NCBI GenBank assembly: GCA_041640635.1
Contig: JBEPZX010000009.1
Span: forward strand, 1-51,753
DNA: 51,753 nt
DNA from: Aquificaceae bacterium
GTDB taxonomy: Bacteria; Aquificota; Aquificia; Aquificales; Aquificaceae
Direction: 5' to 3'
Shown here in pieces: positions 1 to 9,074 of the stretch. Within the stretch, counting starts at the first letter, position 1. Each line of letters begins with the position of its first letter. The notes below the pieces were generated by a model. That model saw only the letters and a list, made by a program, of their open reading frames with translations. It ran no database searches and was not told where the DNA came from. A program made the position numbers and the translations under genes.

Positions 1-749
1 AAAGGGATGAGATTTTGGCAAATTGCAAGGATGAAGAAGAAAGGAAACGCACAGAGGCTATTATTAAACCTGTCCTTAGGGGTAGAGATATTAAGAGGTA
101 TTACTACGAATGGGCGGGGTTGTGGATAATAGGAACATTTCCAGCCTTGAAATTAAACATTGAAGATTTTCCGGCATTAAAGGAGTATTTTCTTAGTAAC
201 TTTGATATTAGGCAACTGGAACAATCAGGTAAAAAGTATCCTGAATTAGGTTTTAATGCACGAAAGAAAACTGGCAATAAATGGTTTGAAACACAAGACC
301 AAATTGCTTATTACCACGAATTTGAAAAAGAAAAGATAGTGTGGCAGGAAATTGTAAAAGAACCGCAATTTTATTTGGATACAGAGGGATTTTATATCGA
401 AGCTACAGGCTTTTTAATGACTGGGAAAAATCTAAAATACCTATTTGGTTTGCTTAACTCGAGACCTGTAGCTTATATATTTAAAGAGTTTTACTCTGGA
501 GGCGGTTTAGGAGAAGATGTGTATAGATATAAGAAAGCTTATCTCGAAACGCTTCCCCTTCCCCCCATCACACCTCAGAACCAACACATAGCAAGAAAAA
601 TAGAAGAGTTAGTGGAAAACATAATATCCCTCAAAAAACAGGACAAAAACACTGACACAAAGCACTTAGAACAAGAAATAGACCATCTGGTGTATAGGCT
701 TTATGAACTAACCCCAGACGAGATAAAGCTGATAGAAGAAAACACCTAA
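1..749 (+). CDS. C-terminal part of a type II (IIG/Eco57I/TaqI-like) restriction-modification methyltransferase, target-recognition domain; 5'-truncated by the window edge
   Basis: The frame is open back to the window start (R-D-E-I-L-A-N-C...). Motifs PVLRGRDIKRY, FEKEKIVW, KYLFGLLNS, LPLPPI and EIDHLVYRLYELTPDEI are typical of TaqI_C-type specificity domains. Confidence 0.8.
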   Translation, partial: RDEILANCKDEEERKRTEAIIKPVLRGRDIKRYYYEWAGLWIIGTFPALKLNIEDFPALKEYFLSNFDIRQLEQSGKKYPELGFNARKKTGNKWFETQDQIAYYHEFEKEKIVWQEIVKEPQFYLDTEGFYIEATGFLMTGKNLKYLFGLLNSRPVAYIFKEFYSGGGLGEDVYRYKKAYLETLPLPPITPQNQHIARKIEELVENIISLKKQDKNTDTKHLEQEIDHLVYRLYELTPDEIKLIEENT

Positions 750-759
750 AGAAAACAAA

Positions 760-2025
760 CTACTCAACCCTTACGACAAAATCGTAACCCTTTATCCTTG
801 TTACCTTTCCCAACACCATATCACCCGGTTTTAGATACCTTTCTGAATCTATGTAAACAACAGAGTCCACCTCTGGAGCTTGCATGTATGTTCTACCTAT
901 GGGCACAAGGTTTGTGTCTTTGTCGTAACCATCTATCAAAACCTTCACTTCTTTACCCAAAAATTCTTTCTTTTTGCTTTTCCACACATCCTTTTGGGCT
1001 TTTAGGAGAGCCTTTAGTCTTTCTCTCTTTTCCTTTTTTGGTATTGGGTCTCCCAAGGCGTATGCGTGTGTGCCTTCCTCTTGGTAGTATATGAAAGCTC
1101 CAAGCCAATGTATGTATCCTTCTTTTACAAAATCCAAAAGTTCCATAAATTCCTTTTCTCCTTCTTCCGGATACCCTACGATAAAGGTAGTTCTTACGAT
1201 AGCATTTGGAAGGTGGCTGTGGATTTTTTGCAAAAGTTCCAAGATGTATTCCTTTGTGTAGCCTCTTCTCATACTCTTTAGAACCTTGTTAGACACATGC
1301 TGAAGTGGCATGTCAAAGTATGGCAAAACCTTTTTTGAATTCTTTATGTAATCTATCAAAGAGTCGCTTATTTCAGAGGGATACATATACATAATCCTTA
1401 TCCATTCCAGACCTTGTATTTTTTCCAGCTCTTCCAGAAGTTTCAGAAAATAGTCCTTTCCGTATAAGTCTCTGCCGTAGTAAGTAGTGTCTTGGGACAC
1501 AATGCAAAGTTCCTTTACTCCCTGACTTACCAAATCCTTGGCTTCTGAAAGGATACTTTCTAAGGGGGAGGACCTATGCCTTCCTCTGATGGAAGGAATG
1601 GCGCAAAAAGAACAGAGTCTGTTACAACCTTCAGCTATCTTTAGGTAAGCGTAAGATTTTGGTGTTGTTAGTATTCTCCTTTCTTGATTGGTTACCTTTA
1701 GGTTCAGAAACTCCACAACTTGATCCCAGCTTTCCGTTCCAAAGTAAGCTGTCACTTCTGGAATTTCCTTGCTCAATTCCTCTTTGTATCTTTGGACCAA
1801 GCATCCCATAACTATAACTTTTTTGTTTTCCGCAAACTCCAAGATACTCTCTATGCTTTCTCTCTTAGCAGGTTCTATAAAGCCACACGTGTTTATCACC
1901 AAAACATCCGCATCCTCAGGGTCAGAAACCAAAAAAGCTCCACCTTCCTTTAGCTTGTAGAGTAACTTCTCCGTATCCACCAAGTTTTTAGCGCATCCTA
2001 AGCTAATAACACCTACCTTTTTCAT
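760..2025 (-). CDS. rimO: Ribosomal protein S12 methylthiotransferase RimO
   Basis: N-terminal SLGCAKNLVD, NTCGFI and GCLVQRY; radical SAM motif CNRLCSFC; C-terminal APEVD and TRAM-like region. Confidence 0.95.
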   Translation of the reverse strand: MKKVGVISLGCAKNLVDTEKLLYKLKEGGAFLVSDPEDADVLVINTCGFIEPAKRESIESILEFAENKKVIVMGCLVQRYKEELSKEIPEVTAYFGTESWDQVVEFLNLKVTNQERRILTTPKSYAYLKIAEGCNRLCSFCAIPSIRGRHRSSPLESILSEAKDLVSQGVKELCIVSQDTTYYGRDLYGKDYFLKLLEELEKIQGLEWIRIMYMYPSEISDSLIDYIKNSKKVLPYFDMPLQHVSNKVLKSMRRGYTKEYILELLQKIHSHLPNAIVRTTFIVGYPEEGEKEFMELLDFVKEGYIHWLGAFIYYQEEGTHAYALGDPIPKKEKRERLKALLKAQKDVWKSKKKEFLGKEVKVLIDGYDKDTNLVPIGRTYMQAPEVDSVVYIDSERYLKPGDMVLGKVTRIKGYDFVVRVE

Positions 2026-2939
2026 TCCTCTATATCAAGCTCCATAAAGACTTTTTCTACGTTCATGTTGTGAATTACATTATACAAAAAAGCTTCTTTG
2101 TATGGGTTTTCCGAAAGAGCAGCCTTTATTTCGTCTATGAATTTACCTTCGTCTTTTAGCTTTTTAATGTTATCTCTCAAATACCTTAAGTAACCCATAG
2201 TGTAATTTATTGCATCTTTTTTTAGTGGTTCATTGTGGCCGGATATTATAACCTCAATATCCAAACTTTGTATGGTGTTTAGAGCTTGTACCCATCCCTT
2301 AGAGCTGGCGGTAGCATCCACCAATGATGGTGTACGATTGACAGATACGAGGTCTCCTACAAACAGAACCTTTTCTTTAGGCATATAGATGATTATGTCA
2401 TTGTTAGTATGAGCTGGTGCAACGTTAATAATATCAAAAACCTTTCCTCCTACTTTTAAAGTGTATCTGTCCTTTATTGTAATGTCAGGCGGATACAACC
2501 TTACATTGTTATACAAACCATTCGTGCGTTGGTTTCTTGAAAACAGGTCTTGATTTGCTTTACCTGATTGATAGTATTCTTTTACATACTCGTGAGCGAT
2601 TATTTTGGCTCCCATCTCTTTGTATGTGCTCATGCCGTAGTAATGGTCTGCGTGGTAGTGGGTGAGTATGGCATACACAATAGGAGCTTTCTTTACTCTC
2701 ATTAAGTTATCCACAAACTCCTTAGAGAGCTCAGGCGTTGATAAGCCATCGATTACAACCCATCCCTCTTTTGTGAGAACTGCTGCCGCATTTGACATAA
2801 AGCCCCTGTTTTCCAAAGAAGGCAAGGCATTTATGCCTCTCACCATGTAAATGTCTTTTGTAACCTTTATAAGCTTCATCTCTGGTGCAGACGCCAAAGC
2901 TAAAACAACAAACACCAAAACGACTTTCAAAACTCTCAT
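2022..2939 (-). CDS. Secreted MBL-fold metallo-hydrolase (SoxH-like/cyclase class), paralog A
   Basis: Signal peptide; THYHADH, AHT, GD and GH metal-binding motifs; GGAGG RBS; ATGA overlap with rimO. Confidence 0.85.
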   Translation of the reverse strand: MRVLKVVLVFVVLALASAPEMKLIKVTKDIYMVRGINALPSLENRGFMSNAAAVLTKEGWVVIDGLSTPELSKEFVDNLMRVKKAPIVYAILTHYHADHYYGMSTYKEMGAKIIAHEYVKEYYQSGKANQDLFSRNQRTNGLYNNVRLYPPDITIKDRYTLKVGGKVFDIINVAPAHTNNDIIIYMPKEKVLFVGDLVSVNRTPSLVDATASSKGWVQALNTIQSLDIEVIISGHNEPLKKDAINYTMGYLRYLRDNIKKLKDEGKFIDEIKAALSENPYKEAFLYNVIHNMNVEKVFMELDIEE

Positions 2940-3077
2940 CTTTCTACCTCCCTTGGTTTATTTATCTAGATTAAATTTAAAACTTTTCATTTATTTTGTA
3001 AAGATTATAAATGTAGGTCCTTAAACTAAAAATACCAACCATAATATATGAGAACTTTTAGGTATAATTTTGCTTTC

Positions 3078-3995
3078 TCATTCCTCTACATCAAGCTCCA
3101 TAAAGACTTTTTGTATATTTATGCTGTGAAATACATTATACATGGGTGTATCGCTGTAAGGATTATTAGCAAGAGCAACTTTTATCTCGTCTATGAACTT
3201 GCCTTCGTCCTTGAGTTTTTTGATGTTTTCCCTTAGGTAGTTTATGTATGCTATTGTGTAGTCAACAGCATCCTTTTTTAGTGGCTCGTTGTGACCTGAG
3301 ATTATAGTTTGCACATCCATGCTTTTGATTGTTTCTAAAGCCTTTAGCCATCCTTTGGAACTGGCGGTTGGGTCTATTATGGCTGGTGTACGATTAAAGG
3401 TTACCAAATCACCTACAAAGAGTATTTTTTCCTTTGGCATGTAGATTATTAAGTCGTTGTTTGTGTGAGCTGGTGCTACACTCGTTATTTCAAATACCTT
3501 ACCACCTACCTTTAGGGTGTATTTGTCTTTTACAGTTATGTCAGGTGGGTAAAGTTTTACCTTGTCATATAGACCTTTTGTGCGTTCCTTCCTGTTTGAT
3601 AAGTCCTGAAAAGCTGCACCTGATTGGTAGTATTCTTTCACATATTCGTGAGCGATTATTTTGGCTCCCATCTCTTTGTATGTGCTCATGCCGTAGTAGT
3701 GGTCCACATGGTAGTGGGTGAGTATGGCATACACAATAGGAGCTTTCTTTACTCTCATTAAGTTATCCACAAACTCCTTAGAGAGTTCAGGCGTTGTCAA
3801 GCCGTCAATTACAACCCATCCCTCTTTTGTGAGAACCGCTGCCGCATTTGACATAAAGCCCCTGTTTTCCAAAGAAGGAAGAGCATTTATTCCCCTTACC
3901 ATATAAATGTCTTTTGTAACCTTTATAAGCTTCATCTCTGGCACAGATGCCAAAGCTAAAACAACAAGCACCAAAACGAGTTTCAAAACTCTCAT
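3078..3995 (-). CDS. Secreted MBL-fold metallo-hydrolase, paralog B
   Basis: THYHVDH motif. Start moved to MRVLK at 3995 by alignment with paralog A, a GGAGG RBS and an ATGA overlap with the trmD stop. Confidence 0.85.
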   Translation of the reverse strand: MRVLKLVLVLVVLALASVPEMKLIKVTKDIYMVRGINALPSLENRGFMSNAAAVLTKEGWVVIDGLTTPELSKEFVDNLMRVKKAPIVYAILTHYHVDHYYGMSTYKEMGAKIIAHEYVKEYYQSGAAFQDLSNRKERTKGLYDKVKLYPPDITVKDKYTLKVGGKVFEITSVAPAHTNNDLIIYMPKEKILFVGDLVTFNRTPAIIDPTASSKGWLKALETIKSMDVQTIISGHNEPLKKDAVDYTIAYINYLRENIKKLKDEGKFIDEIKVALANNPYSDTPMYNVFHSINIQKVFMELDVEE

Positions 3996-4753
3996 CTTTC
4001 TACCTCCCTTAGGTGTTTTTTTATCCAATCTTCAAATTTAACACCTTCCTTTATAGCTTGTATGATTTTTATTTCCAAATCCGTCAAATCCTTTGGCACC
4101 AAATCAGGTCTTTTTCTTAAAGTTCTCTCTATAGAATGCCAAAGTGCCCAGAGCTTTATCTTCCTGTGGTCACCGGAAACCAAAATATCCGGAACTTGCA
4201 TCCCCTTAAACTCCCTAGGCTTTGTGTATACAGGATAACCAAGCCACCTAAAAAAAGAGTCTGCCTTTAGGCTCTCTGGCTCACTTAACACATCGGGCAA
4301 AAGCCTAGAAATGCCATCTATTATAGCCAACGCCGCTACTTCTCCACCCGACAGCACAAAGTCCCCCAAAGACACTTCCTCATCCACCAAAACCTTTACC
4401 CTTTCGTCTATTCCCTCGTATCTGCCGCATATTACTAGTATATGCTTTCGCTGTTTCCATCTCTCAAAGTCCTTTTGGTCTAGTCTCTTTCCCCACGGCT
4501 CTGGACAGATAACATAGGGCTTCCCATACTTTTGCTCTATGTGTGAGTATGCTTCAAATATGGGTTCTGGCTTTAAAACCATTCCAGGCAGTCCACCGTA
4601 TACCGTGTCGTCCACCTGTCCCTTTATGGCAAAATCCCTTAAGTTAAAAACATCAACTTTTAAAGCACCCTTGTTTATAGCTTGCTTGACGATACCGTAA
4701 TCACAGTAATACTTGATTATCTGTGGAAATATAGAAAGTGCACTGATTATCAT
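3992..4753 (-). CDS. trmD: tRNA (guanine-37-N1)-methyltransferase TrmD
   Basis: SIFP, VDDTVYGGLPGM, CGRYEGIDER, SLGDFVLSGGE, YTKP and SGDH motifs. Confidence 0.97.
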   Translation of the reverse strand: MIISALSIFPQIIKYYCDYGIVKQAINKGALKVDVFNLRDFAIKGQVDDTVYGGLPGMVLKPEPIFEAYSHIEQKYGKPYVICPEPWGKRLDQKDFERWKQRKHILVICGRYEGIDERVKVLVDEEVSLGDFVLSGGEVAALAIIDGISRLLPDVLSEPESLKADSFFRWLGYPVYTKPREFKGMQVPDILVSGDHRKIKLWALWHSIERTLRKRPDLVPKDLTDLEIKIIQAIKEGVKFEDWIKKHLREVER

Positions 4754-5613
4754 CCCAAAAAGGATTCCACCATCTTTCTAGCTCTTTCGAAGGAGTACTT
4801 GTAGTATATATCGATGGTTGTTCTTATACTTGCGTGTCCCGCAAACTCCTTTACGATCTCAGCAGAGAAACCGTTGTTAACCAAGTTGGTGATGTAGGTG
4901 TGTCTAAAACTGTGCACAGAGAAGGGTATGCCTAACTTTTGTGAAAGTCTGTATGTAAAGACCTGTAGTGTGCCTCTATTTACGTAGAAATTTCTTTCGT
5001 AATCCTCTATCCAACTTAGCAGATACTCTGTCACCATGTAAGTGCTATCTTTGTCGTAGGAAATTACAGGAGCTATGCGCTCCTTTCTTCTTTTTGTTAT
5101 GTTGGCAGGTAGCCTCACCCACAGTATGGAGCTCTTATCCAAGTAGAAGTTTTCCTTGTTTATGGCTAAATACTCAGATAATCTTAGACCCGTAGATAGG
5201 AGCAAAGTGTAAACCTTTTCGTATTTAGTACCTTTAACATAGCCCAGTATATTTTGTATTCCTTCTTTGGTTAAGGCTTTAGGTAGTTTATAGCTAATAG
5301 AATGAGCAAGCTCTTCTCTTATATCGTCTACTATGTTTTCTATTTCTGTATACTTTTCTTTGCTTATGTAGCCCCTTTTTAGAACGAACTTGTAAAAATG
5401 ATTTATTGCAGAAAGATGTGTAAGCGTAGAAGACACACTAAGATTTGATTTATCTACATACGTGTATATCATTTGAGGATCTATCTGTGTGATATCTTTG
5501 TCATCTATCCCTAAGTGTTTTATGAAAGCCTCCAAAGCATGGGTGTATGTGATTACTGTTCTTTCGCTTTTTACTCTGCTTAAGTTGGCTTTCCATAAAT
5601 CAAGCACTTTCAT
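4750..5613 (-). CDS. Tyrosine recombinase (XerC/D-like)
   Basis: Catalytic set R (TGLRLSE), K (TKRRKER), HxxR (HSFRH), H (AGH) and Y (TTIDIYY); N-terminal core-binding domain. Confidence 0.9.
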   Translation of the reverse strand: MKVLDLWKANLSRVKSERTVITYTHALEAFIKHLGIDDKDITQIDPQMIYTYVDKSNLSVSSTLTHLSAINHFYKFVLKRGYISKEKYTEIENIVDDIREELAHSISYKLPKALTKEGIQNILGYVKGTKYEKVYTLLLSTGLRLSEYLAINKENFYLDKSSILWVRLPANITKRRKERIAPVISYDKDSTYMVTEYLLSWIEDYERNFYVNRGTLQVFTYRLSQKLGIPFSVHSFRHTYITNLVNNGFSAEIVKEFAGHASIRTTIDIYYKYSFERARKMVESFLG

Positions 5614-5625
5614 AAGTTTAATTAT

Positions 5626-5994
5626 ATGGAAGAGTTGCTACTTTTGAAAGTGCAGGAACTTTGGAATAAAGAATTATTCTACCAAGCCCACGAAGTCCTC
5701 GAGGATATTTGGAAACTTTTTCCAAAAAATGACAAATACAATAGGAATTGTTACCAAGGCTTAATTAGATTAGCCATAGCGTACAACCACTACCAAAAGG
5801 GTAACCTCCAAAGTAGTTTAAGAGTTTTGAAGATGTCTTATGAACAACTTCTGTCGTGTGACAAGAATTTTAGAGGCATAGATTTGCAAAGAATAATAAC
5901 TTACTTAGAAAAAAACATACAGAGCATGGAAAATGACAACAACATACTAGAATTTCCGGAGTTTGTTTTAAATACTTATAAAGAAAAAGCTTGA
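5626..5994 (+). CDS. DUF309 family protein
   Basis: FYQAHEVLEDIW...YQGLIRLAIAYNH signature. Confidence 0.85.
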   Translation: MEELLLLKVQELWNKELFYQAHEVLEDIWKLFPKNDKYNRNCYQGLIRLAIAYNHYQKGNLQSSLRVLKMSYEQLLSCDKNFRGIDLQRIITYLEKNIQSMENDNNILEFPEFVLNTYKEKA

Positions 5995-6005
5995 TGAGAG
6001 TTTAA

Positions 6006-7271
6006 CTAAGAGAGTTTCTCGTAGAGAGTTTTTAAATGCTGTAAACTGCTATTCATATCAGCCTTTTCTCTAAAATCTTGTTTGAAGAATTGTTCAATTT
6101 GGTGCTTGTGCGTTATAACCCTGTCTACTATGGGATTACTTCCCATTTTGTAAAGACCTAAGTTCACCAAGTCTTCCATAGCCTCGTAGGCAGAGAGAAG
6201 CTCTTTTAGATGCATTGCCATCTTCATGTGCTGCGGATCGACTATATGCGGCATCAATCTACTTAAACTTCTTACTGGATCTATAGCTGGGAAAATTGCA
6301 GCGTTGGCTCTTTTTCTAGAAAGAATAATGTGACCATCGAGCATCCCCATCAGAGAGTCGGCGACAGGATCCAGACTTATATCATCTCCTTCTACAAGAA
6401 CAGAAAATATACCCGTTATGCTCCCATTCTTGAAGTTGCCACAGCTTTCCACTATCCTTGCCATGTTATAAAAAACAGACGGTGTGTAACCTTTTAGTGT
6501 GGGTGGTTCACCAGCAGAGAGCCCAACTTCTCTCTGCGCCATAGCAAAGCGCGTTATAGAGTCCACCAACAAAAGCACACGGTAGCCTTTACTCGCAAAG
6601 TACCTTGCTTGCACAATGGCACTTATGGCTCCCTTTACCTTAAGTATGGGTGATTGTTCAGAAGTGGTTACCACCACCACGCTCCTCTCTATACCTTCTC
6701 CCAGTATGTCCTCTACAAACTCTCTCACTTCTCTTCCGCGCTCTCCTATTAGTCCTAAAACCACCACATCAGCAGAACTGTACTTTGCTATCATGCCAAG
6801 TAATGTGCTTTTACCTACACCAGCACCAGCAAATATGCCAATCTTTTGCCCTACACCCAAAGTCAACAAAGCATTTATAGTTCTCACACCTACGTCGAAA
6901 GGTTCCACTATCCTTTCTCTTTCCAACGGATTTATACTCTCCAAGCTGATGGCTACCTTTTCTTTTGCCAGAATCCTCCCATCCTTTATATCCCTACCTA
7001 AGGGATCTACCACATACCCCAACAACTGTTCTCCTACATAGGTGGAGACTTTCTCTCCTTTCATCCAAACCTTGTCTCCAGCCTTTAATCCAGACAAATG
7101 CCCAAAGGGCATTATTATGCACCTGTCTTCGTGAAATCCGATAACTTCTCCATCTAAGTGATCTCCATTTCGCTTGATGATTACGTGATCTCCTACAGCA
7201 CTATTTATGTTGTATGCTTCTATGTATATACCGCTTGCTCTTACAACCTTGCTATATATTCTGAACATCAT
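6006..7271 (-). CDS. fliI: Flagellar export ATPase FliI
   Basis: Walker A GIFAGAGVGKST, GLIGERGREV, DSITRFAMAQRE, GEPP and LDGHI; lies downstream of fliG-fliH. Confidence 0.95.
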   Translation of the reverse strand: MMFRIYSKVVRASGIYIEAYNINSAVGDHVIIKRNGDHLDGEVIGFHEDRCIIMPFGHLSGLKAGDKVWMKGEKVSTYVGEQLLGYVVDPLGRDIKDGRILAKEKVAISLESINPLERERIVEPFDVGVRTINALLTLGVGQKIGIFAGAGVGKSTLLGMIAKYSSADVVVLGLIGERGREVREFVEDILGEGIERSVVVVTTSEQSPILKVKGAISAIVQARYFASKGYRVLLLVDSITRFAMAQREVGLSAGEPPTLKGYTPSVFYNMARIVESCGNFKNGSITGIFSVLVEGDDISLDPVADSLMGMLDGHIILSRKRANAAIFPAIDPVRSLSRLMPHIVDPQHMKMAMHLKELLSAYEAMEDLVNLGLYKMGSNPIVDRVITHKHQIEQFFKQDFREKADMNSSLQHLKTLYEKLS

Positions 7272-7959
7272 TTAAAGCCTTATGTATCGCGTCCTCTATA
7301 ACTTCGTCTTTTTTTCTTTCTATCCAAAACTTTGGGGTTTCTATAACAAACTCTCCAGCGCTCAGGGTTTTATCTTCTACTATTTCTATGCTAATTTCTT
7401 TTCTAAACGCCTCTGATAAATTGGGAACAAACCTATTAAATAGCTCAAAATCCTTAGGATTTACTTTTATTGTAATGCTTCCTTTTATATCCATGTTTGT
7501 TTCGAATACCTTGGATACAGCCTTAATGATCGTCTCCTCATGAGGAAAGTAAGAACTATCAACAATCTCTCCTAAAACCTTTTTGATAAAATCCAACATT
7601 TCCAATAAAGCGTTGAGTTTTATATCCTTAACAGCATTCAAAAATTTACTTTCCAGTTCTTTTATGAAGCTAAACACCTTATCTCTTTCATCAATTGAAC
7701 CCCTTAATTCCTTTGCCAATTTCTCATTTTCAGCTTTTAGCGTATCTACTTCTTTGAGAAGAGCATTCTTTTCTTCCGTTAAATTAGCAATTGAAGATTT
7801 GAGTTTTACTAAATCACTCTCTAGAGATTGTAGTCTCTTTAAAAGAGTATTCTTCTCAGACTGTAAAACACTCAAAAGCAACTTCTCATCCTTTTCTATG
7901 CTTTGCGCATAATCATCAGGTTCATGTATAGGTTGTATGGGCTTAAAGTCTTCATACAT
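7252..7959 (-). CDS. fliH: Flagellar assembly protein FliH (divergent)
   Basis: Sits between fliG and fliI; coiled coil followed by a FliH-like C-terminus (IKVNPKD...EDKTLSAGEFVIET). Start MYEDF overlaps the fliG stop. Confidence 0.75.
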   Translation of the reverse strand: MYEDFKPIQPIHEPDDYAQSIEKDEKLLLSVLQSEKNTLLKRLQSLESDLVKLKSSIANLTEEKNALLKEVDTLKAENEKLAKELRGSIDERDKVFSFIKELESKFLNAVKDIKLNALLEMLDFIKKVLGEIVDSSYFPHEETIIKAVSKVFETNMDIKGSITIKVNPKDFELFNRFVPNLSEAFRKEISIEIVEDKTLSAGEFVIETPKFWIERKKDEVIEDAIHKALNDVQNI

Positions 7960-8956
7960 ATGCCTCTCCACCCCTTATATCTATTACGCCTTGATCTGCT
8001 AATTTCTTTATCACTTTTATGATCTCTTTTTGCGCCTTTTCCACTTCTGAAGCTCTTACTGGTCCAAGAGCCTCTATGTCTTCCTTCATTATGTCTGCAG
8101 CCTTTTTAGACATATTGGAAAGGAACTTTTGAACTATATCCTCTGGAGCTCCTTTTAGAGCTATCATTAGAGTATTTTTATCTGCAGCTTTTAGTATTTC
8201 CACTATAGCTCTATTGTCAAGCTTCCTTATATCTTCAAAAGTGAACATTTTTTCCCTAACCTTTTCTGCAAGGTAAGGATCTTCGGCTTCCAAGTTGTTA
8301 AGAATTATGTCGCTTGTGTTTTTATCAAGCAAGTTAAGCAATTCTGCAGCCAAAGTTATTCCTTCCATCTTTTGGGTTATACCACTTATACCCATAGCTT
8401 TTATTTCATCCGCAATAACTTCTATAAGTTCACCTAAAAACTCCGGTGATATATTTTCTAAAGTAGCTAGCCTTTTTGTAACCTCTACTTTAAGAGACTC
8501 AGGAATAAATTTGAGCACCTCTGCAGATTTTGCTGGTGTAAGCTGGGAAAGAACCACTGCGATAGTTTGAGGGTGTTCGTTTTTGAGTATATTTGCAAGA
8601 ACCTTTGTGTCTACACGCTCTAGTTCCTGAAAGCTCTTTACCAATGTGGAACTGCTCAAAAACTCGTATATCTTGGCGAACTTTTCTGGGGGAAGAACCT
8701 TTCTAGCAACTTCTAAGAAGGCATCTATATCAGGATTAATGTAGGAAGCCGCTTTATATTCTTCAGCAAATTCTTTAGCTATTTCCTCAACATCCTTTAG
8801 TGTAATACCTTCGAGGGAAGAGGCATACATAAGCACCTGTTGTATTTCTTCATCCGATAGATACTTCATTATTTCAACAGACGCATCTGGAGGTAGAGCC
8901 ATAAGGAGTATTGCAGCTTTTTGTGCTTTACCTAATTTATCTTTTGCTTCTGCCAT
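7952..8956 (-). CDS. fliG: Flagellar motor switch protein FliG
   Basis: QKAAILL, EHPQTIAVVLS, MFTFEDI, ALKGA, NMSK and GPVRASEVEKAQ motifs. Confidence 0.97.
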   Translation of the reverse strand: MAEAKDKLGKAQKAAILLMALPPDASVEIMKYLSDEEIQQVLMYASSLEGITLKDVEEIAKEFAEEYKAASYINPDIDAFLEVARKVLPPEKFAKIYEFLSSSTLVKSFQELERVDTKVLANILKNEHPQTIAVVLSQLTPAKSAEVLKFIPESLKVEVTKRLATLENISPEFLGELIEVIADEIKAMGISGITQKMEGITLAAELLNLLDKNTSDIILNNLEAEDPYLAEKVREKMFTFEDIRKLDNRAIVEILKAADKNTLMIALKGAPEDIVQKFLSNMSKKAADIMKEDIEALGPVRASEVEKAQKEIIKVIKKLADQGVIDIRGGEAYV

Positions 8957-9074
8957 TATAATAAAATTTTAACCTTTTGTGTTATTCGTGCGCATAAAAC
9001 CCCTTTGCTTACTCCCTGATTTCAGAGTTATAATCTTTCAATTTGATTTTTTAAACAAAAACTTAATTCTATAT

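Larger units (their letters stand above)
2022..4020. repeat. Tandem gene duplication, offset 1056 bp, including the RBS region
   Basis: 2022-2965 aligns with 3078-4020; ~2562-2955 and ~3618-4011 are nearly identical. Confidence 0.9.

Noticed and set aside
4750..5613. Prophage or integrative element around the recombinase
   Set aside because: The flanks are housekeeping genes; no att repeats, tRNA or phage genes were seen.
8987..9014. GTGCGCATAA resembling the XerC arm of E. coli dif
   Set aside because: The XerD-arm position (TTTGCTTACTC) matches only about 5/11, so this is likely chance.
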